Positions 37,838 through 46,792 of a DNA stretch of 64,000 bases are shown piece after piece. The stretch's first letter is position 1, and each line of letters starts with the position of its first letter. Position numbers and translations under genes: made by a program. The notes below the pieces were generated by a model. It did not search any database. It saw nothing but the letters and a program-made list of their open reading frames with translations, and was not told where the DNA came from. Origin of the DNA: an uncultured Christensenellaceae bacterium (GTDB lineage Bacteria > Bacillota > Clostridia > Christensenellales > UBA3700); NCBI GenBank assembly GCA_910588015.1, contig CAJUOK010000005.1:45610-109609 (forward strand). Reading direction: 5' to 3'.

Positions 37838-38680
37838 TCAGTTTTTGACCTCCTTGGGCTTTTGCCTCATCAACTTCAAAAACACAAATTTTCTTATACG
37901 GTTTGGCATAAGCACTTGAATGATATATCTCATCAAACAACTTTTTCTATATTGGCTTTTATTGATAATTTTATTATTCAGCATAAACTTAAATAAATCG
38001 CGTTCGCTGTTATAATATTTCTTTCCGCCTCTGCGATAAAAAGTATCTTCGTTTATTCTAGCGTAAACCAAATTTTCTTTTATATTGGCGAACTTACATC
38101 CCGCAAGATACATTCTTACCCACAAATAGCTGTCTTCGTTATAAAACCAATGCAAATAGCCTCCTGCTTTTTCCACTTGACTTTTTTTGAACATAACCGT
38201 CATATGATTAAAAGGACATCTTTTTTTGAGATATTCGCAAATCTCGTTATGCTCCTGCGGCACGTCTCTGACGCTGACCACGTTGCTTTCATCTCCGATA
38301 AATTCGGCAATATCGCTACCTACTATCGAAAGCTCGCCGTCATTTTCAAACATAGCAAGTTGTTTTTCGAATCTGCTCTCCACCGCGATATCGTCGCTGT
38401 CCATTCTTGCAACCAACTCGTATTTACAATACTTCATTCCTTCTTTGAGCGCGTTTCCCAAACCGACGTTTTGCTCCAACGGATATATCTCAATCAAATC
38501 AACGTATTCTTTTTGCAAATCGTTTAGCGCTTGCAATGTGTCGTCCGGTACAGGACCGTCTACAACGATAACCACTTGAGAAGGTCTCGCTGTCTGTTCG
38601 ACTATACTTTTAACTGCCGTCTTAACATTTTCTGCAACGTCGTTTTTATAAACGGACATCAAAACGCTGAACTCTTGCAT
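37838..38680 (-). CDS. GT2-family glycosyltransferase
   Basis: FSVLMSVYKND...VVDGP...RMDSDDIA blocks. Confidence 0.85.
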   Translation of the reverse strand: MQEFSVLMSVYKNDVAENVKTAVKSIVEQTARPSQVVIVVDGPVPDDTLQALNDLQKEYVDLIEIYPLEQNVGLGNALKEGMKYCKYELVARMDSDDIAVESRFEKQLAMFENDGELSIVGSDIAEFIGDESNVVSVRDVPQEHNEICEYLKKRCPFNHMTVMFKKSQVEKAGGYLHWFYNEDSYLWVRMYLAGCKFANIKENLVYARINEDTFYRRGGKKYYNSERDLFKFMLNNKIINKSQYRKSCLMRYIIQVLMPNRIRKFVFLKLMRQKPKEVKN

Positions 38681-38691
38681 ATTTTCTCAAG

Positions 38692-39318
38692 TTACTCCTT
38701 TATTACCTTTCCAACAGTCTTAAATATAAGTCCTATATCGTAAAAAAATCCTGCTTTTTCGATATATTTGAGATTGAGCTCAAGTTTTGCCGGCATAATC
38801 TCTTTGATATATTTTCTCTCGGGGTCTTCGTCTCCGTCGAGCAAGTCGTTTTCGTTGCGAAATTCTATAGACGCCAAATCTGTGATTCCCGGTTTTACCG
38901 ACAGCACGCGCATTTGTTCTGCGTTGTACATAGCCACGTACTTAGGAACTTCCGGACGAGGTCCTACAAAGCTCATTTTTCCCGAAAGCACGTTGAAAAG
39001 CTGCGGCAACTCGTCTATCTTTGTCTTGCGAATAAACTTACCTACCTTTGTAATTCTATTATCTCCGTCGGTGGTTATTTGCATACCTTTAGCTTCGGCA
39101 TTGACGACCATAGAACGAAATTTCCAAATCTTAAACGTCTTACCGTGTTTGCCGACTCTCTCTTGCTTAAACAGCACCGGACCTTTTGACGAACATTTTA
39201 TCGCAATAGCTATGAACAAAAACAGCAACAGCAACAACATTATGCCGAAAAGCGAAAAGAATATGTCAAAGCAACGTTTAAAAAATCTATACACCGACAG
39301 CCTCCTTAAACTTTGCAA
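38692..39318 (-). CDS. Small monotopic phosphoglycosyl transferase (bacterial sugar transferase, PglC/EpsL-like)
   Basis: 208 aa with one N-terminal membrane helix and the blocks KFRSM, DELPQLFNVL, GPRPE and KPGITDLASI. Confidence 0.85.
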   Translation of the reverse strand: MQSLRRLSVYRFFKRCFDIFFSLFGIMLLLLLFLFIAIAIKCSSKGPVLFKQERVGKHGKTFKIWKFRSMVVNAEAKGMQITTDGDNRITKVGKFIRKTKIDELPQLFNVLSGKMSFVGPRPEVPKYVAMYNAEQMRVLSVKPGITDLASIEFRNENDLLDGDEDPERKYIKEIMPAKLELNLKYIEKAGFFYDIGLIFKTVGKVIKE

Positions 39319-40483
39319 TCACGTATTCCACCTCATCGTCGCTCAAAAGCGTATGAAGCGGCAAAGTTATCTCGTTGCGATACAAATCATAGGCATTGGG
39401 ATAATTCTTAATGTCGAATCCCAAAGCCGCATATCCGCTAAACATTGGCAACGGCTTATAATGCACGTTGGTAGCAACGCCCGCTTCCGCCATTTTAGCA
39501 ATAATTTCGTTGCGTCTTTTCTCGTCTACGCCGTTCACTCTCGTAATATACAGGTGTCCGCTTCCGCAAAAATCATTGCCGCAGTGTGCGACGGGGCGAA
39601 TTTTGGTATTAGCAAAAGCTGCGTTGTATTTGTCTATTATCTGGCTTCTTCTCGCCAGCAAATGCTCATATCTTCTCAACTGCACTATGCCGAGCGACGC
39701 CATAATATCAGTCATATTGCATTTATATCCAAGCAACTTGATATCGTATTCCCAAGCTCCCGCTTTCATTTTGGAGAGCGCGTCTTTAGACTGTCCGTGC
39801 AGACTGTCTAGCACCAGTTGAGTGTATATAATATAGTTGTCGATTCCTTGTATATTTTTCCAAGTCACGGCTCCGCCTTCCGCAGTGGTCAGGTTCTTTA
39901 CGGCGTGGAAAGAAAAAGACGTGAAGTCGGCGATTTCTCCCGACATCTTACCGTTCTGTTTTGCTCCGAAAGAATGAGCTCCGTCTGCAATAACGGCAAT
40001 TCTGCCGATTGCTTTTTGAATATCGTTGGCAGGCTTAAAAATCGATTTCTTGGCTTGCGCGACTGCAATCAAAGCGTCGTAATCGGCAATAACTCCCGCA
40101 AAATCCACTCCGATAACGGCTTTGGTATTTTGAGTAATAGCTTCGCCGACTTTTTTCGCCGATATATAAAAATCGTCTTTATCCGTATCGACAAGAATTA
40201 TTTTTGCTCCGATATGATTTATAACGCTTGCGGAAGCCGTATAGGTGTAAGCGCTCGTTATGACCTCGTCGCCCTCGCCTATTCCCAAAAACCTCAAAAT
40301 CAACTCCAGTCCTGCCGTTGCAGAATTGAGACAAACAGCTCTTTGCGTATTGCAATAACTTGCTATAGACTTTTCAAACTGTTTTGTTTTAGGTCCTGTA
40401 GTTATCCAACCCGACTTCAAAGTATCGACGACCTCGTCGATTTCCTCTTGCGTAATATCCGGAGGAGAAAATTTTATGTTCAT
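39287..40483 (-). CDS. DegT/DnrJ/EryC1-family PLP-dependent sugar aminotransferase
   Basis: 398 aa with the blocks SATAGLEL and FSFHAVKNLTTAEGG (PLP lysine). First gene of the locus. Confidence 0.85.
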   Translation of the reverse strand: MNIKFSPPDITQEEIDEVVDTLKSGWITTGPKTKQFEKSIASYCNTQRAVCLNSATAGLELILRFLGIGEGDEVITSAYTYTASASVINHIGAKIILVDTDKDDFYISAKKVGEAITQNTKAVIGVDFAGVIADYDALIAVAQAKKSIFKPANDIQKAIGRIAVIADGAHSFGAKQNGKMSGEIADFTSFSFHAVKNLTTAEGGAVTWKNIQGIDNYIIYTQLVLDSLHGQSKDALSKMKAGAWEYDIKLLGYKCNMTDIMASLGIVQLRRYEHLLARRSQIIDKYNAAFANTKIRPVAHCGNDFCGSGHLYITRVNGVDEKRRNEIIAKMAEAGVATNVHYKPLPMFSGYAALGFDIKNYPNAYDLYRNEITLPLHTLLSDDEVEYVIAKFKEAVGV

Positions 40484-40512
40484 AATAATGCTCCCATAAA
40501 ATTATTTATAAT

Positions 40513-40541
40513 ATTATAACATTATGCGCGTAAAAAGACAA
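40513..40541 (-). promoter_or_regulatory. Putative promoter of the polysaccharide locus (TTGTCT-17 nt-TATAAT, minus strand)
   Basis: Minus-strand hexamers at 40541-40536 and 40518-40513, about 30 nt upstream of the ATG at 40483. Confidence 0.5.
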
Positions 40542-40595
40542 CACTATTTTGCACTTTGAACTCATTATTTGTCAAATCTGTCGATTATAATAATA

Positions 40596-40627
40596 TTTTA
40601 AGCCCTATCTTGCGATAAGGCTTAAAA
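40596..40627 (-). terminator. Hairpin terminator downstream of the GH20 gene
   Basis: TTTTAAGCC-C-TATC [TTGC] GATA-A-GGCTTAAAA. AT-rich flanks. Confidence 0.6.
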
Positions 40628-40654
40628 TATTAAGTCAATATCAAAGCGTCTATT

Positions 40655-42217
40655 TTATTTTTCACGCAATTTTTCGACCTCGTAATCGGGCGTCGAACGC
40701 CAAAAATTCCATCTCAAAGCATTGGTAAAGGTATGCCAAGGACGCGTCTTGCCCCTGTAAATCTTTTGCGGACATATTTTGCAACCCAAACTGTCGAAAT
40801 AATCGCGCAAATTTTCCATACGGTTTTCGAAGTCGTCATAATTGCGATTTTGCGCTTTAGTCCAACACACTTCGCTATACGCCACAAGTCTCGCATACGT
40901 CAGCATATCCAATTTTGTCTCGTCTCTTATATATTCCGTCCATTGCGGAATCTCCATTCCGAGAATTTTGCTCTCGTCATTTATACCCAACGTTTGAGCG
41001 GAAAAATTATATGTCTTTTTAAGCGGTCTGACATTATAAGGATGGTCCATATAAACGTACGTATACATAGAAAGAATACACTGACCGCCTTTAGCCATCC
41101 AATCGAATTCGTTCTTATTTCCCAAACTGTGTCTAACCCACCATTGAGCAACTATATCCGTATCCATAATATCCTTGGCGTCGAGCATCTCGTTCCACCC
41201 AACCGTTCTCTTGCCCTTTGAGCGCAAATACGCTGCGATTTCGTTGTTGAAATATCCTTGCAACGCATTTTCGTCCGCAAGCCCGAGTTCTTTTATTTTC
41301 GCTTGGCACTTGGGGCACTTTTTCCAACGCGTCTTTGGCACTTCGTCTCCGCCTATATGGAAGAATCTCCCCGTAAAAATTTCGCAAAGTTCGTCTATCA
41401 CGTCTTTTGCAAAGTTATAAACGTCGTCTTTGCCGCAGCAACATATATTGTCCAAAACTCCCCACCGAGTACTTACTTCGGTCGGCTCTTCCGCGCAAGA
41501 AAGTTGAGGATAGCACGCGATAGCCGCAACCATATGTCCCGGCATATCTATTTCCGGCACTACTTCGATATGCCTTGCTTTGGCATAATCGACTATCTCC
41601 CGCATTTCGTCTTGAGAATAAAACAAACCTCTTCCATACTCCTCTTCGTCGTATCCCCAATCTCCCGAGCCCATAAACGCCTTGGGAGACAGCGGAGTAC
41701 GCTTTCGCGCCGTACCCTTTTGCGTCAAAAGAGGATATTTTTTGATTTCCGCTCTCCAACCTTGGTCATCGGTCAAATGCCAGTGGAATTCGTTCATCTT
41801 TATATGCGCCATAACGTCGATGATTTGTTTTAGCTTGTCTACCTTCCAAAAATGACGGGCGCAGTCGAGTGAAAAACCTCTGTATGCGTAATTGGGCTTG
41901 TCGTTTATTTCAACGCAAGGTATTGCGCCATTGGAATAAATCTGTTTTATCGTCGCAAGAGCGTAAAACGCTCCGACTTCTTTTGCAGCTTTTATTTGCA
42001 CTTTTCCGTTTTGACAATCAATAAAGTATTCTTCGTCCGCCAAAGCAGCGTCTAAACAAAAGATAATTTGCGCGTCTTTTCCGCCAGCTTTATCCGACAA
42101 AAAATCTTTTGTCAATTCTATTGTTTGAGAAAAATCTCCGCTGACTGCGCTTTCGCGTCCGAGCGCCACCGAACCCGACTTCTCTTTAACTTTAAGCGGC
42201 AACGGTATAATATTCAT
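40655..42217 (-). CDS. GH20 beta-N-acetylhexosaminidase
   Basis: EFHWHLTDDQGWR and FHIGGDE (catalytic D-E) blocks, 520 aa. Confidence 0.9.
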   Translation of the reverse strand: MNIIPLPLKVKEKSGSVALGRESAVSGDFSQTIELTKDFLSDKAGGKDAQIIFCLDAALADEEYFIDCQNGKVQIKAAKEVGAFYALATIKQIYSNGAIPCVEINDKPNYAYRGFSLDCARHFWKVDKLKQIIDVMAHIKMNEFHWHLTDDQGWRAEIKKYPLLTQKGTARKRTPLSPKAFMGSGDWGYDEEEYGRGLFYSQDEMREIVDYAKARHIEVVPEIDMPGHMVAAIACYPQLSCAEEPTEVSTRWGVLDNICCCGKDDVYNFAKDVIDELCEIFTGRFFHIGGDEVPKTRWKKCPKCQAKIKELGLADENALQGYFNNEIAAYLRSKGKRTVGWNEMLDAKDIMDTDIVAQWWVRHSLGNKNEFDWMAKGGQCILSMYTYVYMDHPYNVRPLKKTYNFSAQTLGINDESKILGMEIPQWTEYIRDETKLDMLTYARLVAYSEVCWTKAQNRNYDDFENRMENLRDYFDSLGCKICPQKIYRGKTRPWHTFTNALRWNFWRSTPDYEVEKLREK

Positions 42218-42310
42218 AATAAACCTCCAAAAAACTATATTCGCGTTTTAACCATTGTACCATAAAGAAAAACAAATTTCAACCGTGATTTTTGCGCCGT
42301 AATAATCGGC

Positions 42311-42349
42311 ATAATAAAAAATTGCAGACGGTCCAAAAGTCCGTCTGCA
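42311..42349 (-). terminator. Rho-independent terminator of the zinc-ribbon gene pair
   Basis: 9-bp stem TGCAGACGG / CCGTCTGCA, followed on the minus strand by AATTTTTTATTAT. Confidence 0.7.
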
Positions 42350-42373
42350 TAAGCTAACGCTTAAATCATTAAA

Positions 42374-42958
42374 TTATAAGAAATAGTACACTAATGAGAT
42401 TATTCCAAGCGCTATACCAACTATCGAAAGTATTTTACCGTTGCTTGCTTTTGGCTTGCCGTCGTAATCTCCCGTATCGCATAATTTTTGAGCTTTTTTT
42501 GCTTGGGTAAGTCCTATAATACCGAATACAATACCAAGCACGCCTCCCAAAAATCCAAACACAATTGCAAGTATACCAAACGTATTTGCGTTGTTTGCGT
42601 ACTTGTTGGGAAGAAGCTTTTTATGTACGGGTCCGTTTGAATTACTTCTGTTATAAACGTTTCCCGAATTTGCAATATCGTTATCGCGTTCGACGTAAGA
42701 TTCGAATTCGCGGTCTATATCGTCCGATACATCCCCGTCTTTATTATAATTATCGGTTCCTACCGAAGAACTTTCTCGAAAATCGTCTTGAAAGTCTCTG
42801 TCGAAATCAACGCCGAAATCGTTTTTCTCAAATGACTCTTCCCTAAAATTATTCTTTTCGTCTTCTCTTGGACTGCTGTCGGTCAGTTTAGAGCCGCAAT
42901 AACCGCAAAACACGTCTCCGTCTTCTACCTGTCCCCCGCATTTTGTACAGTACTTCAT
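42374..42958 (-). CDS. Zinc-ribbon protein with an acidic linker and a DUF4190-like C-terminal membrane domain
   Basis: MKYCTKCG...FCGYCG, then an Asp/Glu/Asn-rich linker, then Gly-rich TM helices GILAIVFGFLGGVLGIVFGIIGL. Confidence 0.75.
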   Translation of the reverse strand: MKYCTKCGGQVEDGDVFCGYCGSKLTDSSPREDEKNNFREESFEKNDFGVDFDRDFQDDFRESSSVGTDNYNKDGDVSDDIDREFESYVERDNDIANSGNVYNRSNSNGPVHKKLLPNKYANNANTFGILAIVFGFLGGVLGIVFGIIGLTQAKKAQKLCDTGDYDGKPKASNGKILSIVGIALGIISLVYYFL

Positions 42959-42977
42959 ACCAATTTCTCCTTCCTAT

Positions 42978-43442
42978 TTATAATGCTAATAATAAAGGTG
43001 CAACCAACACCAATATACCCACAGCCAAGCCGATAACCGAAAAAGCAATGCTTACCTTGGAGCATATCATACCGATTTTGCAAAAACTGGCTCCCATAAC
43101 CCCTTCGTTTTGACATTTTTCCAAACCTTTTTTACCGAAAATCAGACTGACTATGGCGCAAATAAAAGTTCCCACCGTAAGCGACAGTATGCCGCATACA
43201 AAGCAAATGAACGCGTAAGTATTGTCGCTGATAACTTTGGATACGTCGTCCATTGTTTCTTCGACAGACTTGCGTTTGTCATTCTTGATTTTGCCTTCGT
43301 TTTTCGAATAATCGTCAGCCGCGCCGTTGACGTCGTCAAAAGATGAATAAGAAGACCTATTTAATTCCACTTTCGCGCCGCAATTGCCGCAGTATGAATC
43401 GAAATCGTCAAGACAGTTACCGCATTTGGTACAATATCTCAT
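42978..43442 (-). CDS. Zinc-ribbon protein with a C-terminal membrane domain (paralogous architecture)
   Basis: MRYCTKCG...YCGNCG, followed by two or three TM helices. Confidence 0.75.
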   Translation of the reverse strand: MRYCTKCGNCLDDFDSYCGNCGAKVELNRSSYSSFDDVNGAADDYSKNEGKIKNDKRKSVEETMDDVSKVISDNTYAFICFVCGILSLTVGTFICAIVSLIFGKKGLEKCQNEGVMGASFCKIGMICSKVSIAFSVIGLAVGILVLVAPLLLAL

Positions 43443-43542
43443 ATCCGAACTCCTGTAGTATTTTCATATTTATTATACTCCGTTTTTTTACGGCTTGCAA
43501 TATTTAAAATATGTCAATTTTACAAAATTATTTCAATTTTTA

Positions 43543-43983
43543 TTAGTTTTTGTCCATAAAATATTGCTTATAATCCAAAGCTCCAAATCCTTCTCTGCGA
43601 TACAGTCGCGCCGCCCCGTCGTTAGACTTTTCTACTTCCAGTCTTATTCTTGCGAACTCGCCGAACGTAGATTTAATATATCTTATAAATTCTTTTCCCA
43701 AGCCCTTTCCTTGAAATTTCGGCAATACGAAAAGCTCTTCTATCCAAACGACTTTGCCGCCCGCTTCGTTGCTATAGGTGTAGGCGGTCAACGCGTATCC
43801 CGCGATTTCGTTTTCAAACTCCAAAATAAATACGTCGGCATAAGGGCTGCCCGATTCCACCTCTTGCAAAGTCTTTAAAATATTTTCTTGAGGAATCTTG
43901 TGAAGCACCGCGGGAGACGAATAGAAATCTTTCATCATTGCAAGAACTTTTTGCCTGTCTTGGAAGCAATATTTTCTAATCAT
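43543..43983 (-). CDS. GNAT-family N-acetyltransferase
   Basis: The acetyl-CoA block VLPKFQGKGLGKEF. Start set at MIRKYCF (43983), just after the upstream stop at 43994; the track ORF extends to 44058. Confidence 0.8.
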   Translation of the reverse strand: MIRKYCFQDRQKVLAMMKDFYSSPAVLHKIPQENILKTLQEVESGSPYADVFILEFENEIAGYALTAYTYSNEAGGKVVWIEELFVLPKFQGKGLGKEFIRYIKSTFGEFARIRLEVEKSNDGAARLYRREGFGALDYKQYFMDKN

Positions 43984-43993
43984 TTTCAGCCCT

Positions 43994-46102
43994 TTAATTA
44001 AATTTGATTTTTGTCGCGTATCCCGAGAAATCCAACGCGACTGCGCCGTCGTCCCCAACGCATAAGCTGCTCAAAACGGGAGCGCCGATATGATATTTAT
44101 TCCTTAAATTCAAATTTTTATCCAGCCTATACAAATATCCGTCTGAAGCTCCGAATATAATATCGTCGCCAAACTGCTTGATACTGCTCTCGACAGTGGA
44201 TATTTCGCCTTTGAGATAGGGCGACGTAAATACGAGCGCGTTGCCCGTGCGGAACTGCGCAATCTTTTCGAAATCCGACAGTTTGAACGCAACCACGCCG
44301 TCCTTTGCGGTACTGAAATATCCTATTCCGTCAGATATGTAAGGCGCCGTTGCCGTATCGAGATTTATGCCCGTTTCTTTAGAGCGTAGAATTTTGCCGT
44401 TGGATTTATTGAGTTCAAAAAGCTTGTCGCCGGCGGCAACGTAGATTTTGTCTCCTACGACGACGGGAGTCGTTGTGCGGTATCTCAAGCCCTCTTTATC
44501 ATTGTCCCAAATGCGTTTGCCGTTGTTTTTGTTGTAAGCTATAAGCTCGTCCCAATGCGAACCGACTATCAGCATATCTCCGTCGATAACCATACGCGTA
44601 GGCGAAGAATTAGCTTTGTCGTTCTTTTTTTGCCATATGACTTTACCGTCGGCAAGCGAAAGACAATAAGACCTCTGTGCGCCTCCGCAATAAACTCTGT
44701 CGTTTTCCACCAACACGTTAAGTCCGGTATTAGCCGCGGCAAGCAGGTCTGTTTTGGTCGACCATATCTCATTACCGCTGTCTTTATCTATGCAATATAC
44801 TCTGCCTTCTATATCTTGCGCAACAACTCTGTTGGCTACGACTTGGAAGGAATTACGTATAGAATTTTTTGTGGGATATTTCCATAAGATTTCACCGCTA
44901 CTTTCATCAATAGCATAAATGCCGCATTTTTTGGGATAACCGTCGTCGACCGTGCCGACGTATATCTTGCCGCCGTCGTATATCGGCTCGGCAAATTCTC
45001 CGTGTCCGTCGAGTTTTGTTCTCCATTCATAACCTTCTTGACAGTCCGAAGGCGTGAAATTGCGATAGATAAGTCGGCTTTCCGCAACGGCATTGCCCTG
45101 CAACTTTACTACGCGCGTCGCGGCAGGAGTGGAATCGATACCGCCGCCGTCAGTTTTGCTTGTGGTAATGTTGAGAATTCCGTCAATATCGTTGAGATAG
45201 CTATAGTGCCAATGACCGAATACCCAAGCAATCAGCCCGCGCTGTCTCAAATCGAGCTTACTACCGCCGTATTTAACAACGAATCCGTTTTCGTCGGGAC
45301 AGTAGTCGTGATTAAAAATAACGACTTTTTTACCGCTGTCCACTTGCGCCAAATCGCGCGCTAGCCAACGCCATACGTCGCTCCGCGAATACCTCGCCCT
45401 ATGGTCGCCTTTAACAATGGCGGTGACGACGTAATGTATATCGCCCACGTCGAAAGAATAATTGACGGGTCCGTAAGTGCTCTCAAATAAATCCTCGCCG
45501 TATTTTCCCCAACCGACATAATCGTGATTGCCTATAATATATCTTACGGGCACGCCCATATTCTCGCTGTTCATATCTTTTATGTGTTGCTTAAGACCGT
45601 CTTCATAACAGATATCGCCTGTGTGAATGATAAAAGACGCGTTTTCTTTTTCTGCGTCGAGACGCACCTCTTCAACCCAATCTCCCGCGCCGTCCGCGCC
45701 TATTTCCGTGTCGGTCACTTGCAAAAAGGAATGATTCGTATCGTCAGACGTCTTCTTATCGAGATAAAAGTCGTATCCTTTTTTTGCTTTGTTCATCTCG
45801 ATATAATACTTTTCCGTCCAATAACCGCTTGGAATGGTTACGGTGACAAATCTCCCCTTGAGCCAACCGTCAAGTACGAAATGACCGTTCTCGTCGGTTT
45901 TTACCACGTCGCGACCGTTTGTCACGGCGACTCCCGACAGCGGCAAGTTGCTCTCCGCGTCATAAACGTAGCCGCTATATCTATCGTTGTTGACTCCGTA
46001 ATAAACGGCTACTCCGATACTGCTCCCGCCCACCAATACTATTACGGCTATCAGCGCTATCATAAACGCATTTTTCCGATTGCGACAAAAATTCAACTGC
46101 AC
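43994..46102 (-). CDS. Membrane-anchored metallophosphoesterase fused to a PQQ-like beta-propeller
   Basis: N-terminal TM. CarboxypepD_reg-like segment (SGVAVTNGRDVVKTDENGHFVL). MPE blocks HTGDICYED, GNHDY and GHWH. About 350 C-terminal aa with repeated G..(I/V)W propeller-like units. Confidence 0.7.
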   Translation of the reverse strand: MQLNFCRNRKNAFMIALIAVIVLVGGSSIGVAVYYGVNNDRYSGYVYDAESNLPLSGVAVTNGRDVVKTDENGHFVLDGWLKGRFVTVTIPSGYWTEKYYIEMNKAKKGYDFYLDKKTSDDTNHSFLQVTDTEIGADGAGDWVEEVRLDAEKENASFIIHTGDICYEDGLKQHIKDMNSENMGVPVRYIIGNHDYVGWGKYGEDLFESTYGPVNYSFDVGDIHYVVTAIVKGDHRARYSRSDVWRWLARDLAQVDSGKKVVIFNHDYCPDENGFVVKYGGSKLDLRQRGLIAWVFGHWHYSYLNDIDGILNITTSKTDGGGIDSTPAATRVVKLQGNAVAESRLIYRNFTPSDCQEGYEWRTKLDGHGEFAEPIYDGGKIYVGTVDDGYPKKCGIYAIDESSGEILWKYPTKNSIRNSFQVVANRVVAQDIEGRVYCIDKDSGNEIWSTKTDLLAAANTGLNVLVENDRVYCGGAQRSYCLSLADGKVIWQKKNDKANSSPTRMVIDGDMLIVGSHWDELIAYNKNNGKRIWDNDKEGLRYRTTTPVVVGDKIYVAAGDKLFELNKSNGKILRSKETGINLDTATAPYISDGIGYFSTAKDGVVAFKLSDFEKIAQFRTGNALVFTSPYLKGEISTVESSIKQFGDDIIFGASDGYLYRLDKNLNLRNKYHIGAPVLSSLCVGDDGAVALDFSGYATKIKFN

Positions 46103-46283
46103 ACCTCTTCTATCGAAAATTTAATAACTTTTATGTTATTATATCAAATTGTCCGCGATATGTCAATATAACTTTTCATTAACAAAGATAGACAAAATAA
46201 TCAAACTAATGATTTTTTGTGTGTACAATACAAAAAAATATGATATAATATATTTAATTAATTTTAATTGAGAGGTAATTATT

Positions 46284-46592
46284 ATGGTAGTAGAACTAAC
46301 CAAAGACAATTTTGACAAAGAAGTCGTAGAAAGCGACAAAACCGTACTCATAGATTTTTGGGCAAGTTGGTGCGCTCCTTGCAGAATGCTTTCGCCGACA
46401 GTGGATGAAATTGCTGAAGAAAATACTCAAATCAAAGTCTGCAAAGTCAACGTAGACAAAGAAGGAGAACTTGCGGCGGCTTTTCACGTATCCAGCATAC
46501 CTATGCTTGTCGTAATCAAAGACAAAAAAGTCGTCAATACAAGCGTAGGCGCAGTGCCAAAACAAAAAATATTGCAAATGCTAAACATATAA
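46284..46592 (+). CDS. trxA: Thioredoxin
   Basis: 102 aa with the active site FWASWCAPCRM (CAPC variant of CGPC). Confidence 0.9.
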   Translation: MVVELTKDNFDKEVVESDKTVLIDFWASWCAPCRMLSPTVDEIAEENTQIKVCKVNVDKEGELAAAFHVSSIPMLVVIKDKKVVNTSVGAVPKQKILQMLNI

Positions 46593-46604
46593 TATTTATT
46601 TGAT

Positions 46605-46636
46605 AATTCAAGACGGACTTTTAACCGTCTTGAATT
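46605..46636 (+). terminator. Hairpin downstream of thioredoxin
   Basis: Perfect 12-bp stem AATTCAAGACGG / CCGTCTTGAATT. There is no strong T-run after it. Confidence 0.45.
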
Positions 46637-46792
46637 ATGTGTTTACTCCCAACTTGCTGCGATAATTATCGCGGCATTTTGTATTTATATAGATTGGGTG
46701 ATATATAAAAAAATTTACTTCTGAAACAGTTGATTTCTTTATTACTATGGTGTATAATAAAATAAATTTGGCTTATTGTGGAGGTTTTTATA

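Noticed and set aside
46284-46592. Thioredoxin with a WCAPC rather than a WCGPC active site.
   Set aside because: A Gly-to-Ala variant of the CxxC dipeptide is a minor, known type of variation in thioredoxin-fold proteins. Nothing else about the gene is unusual.
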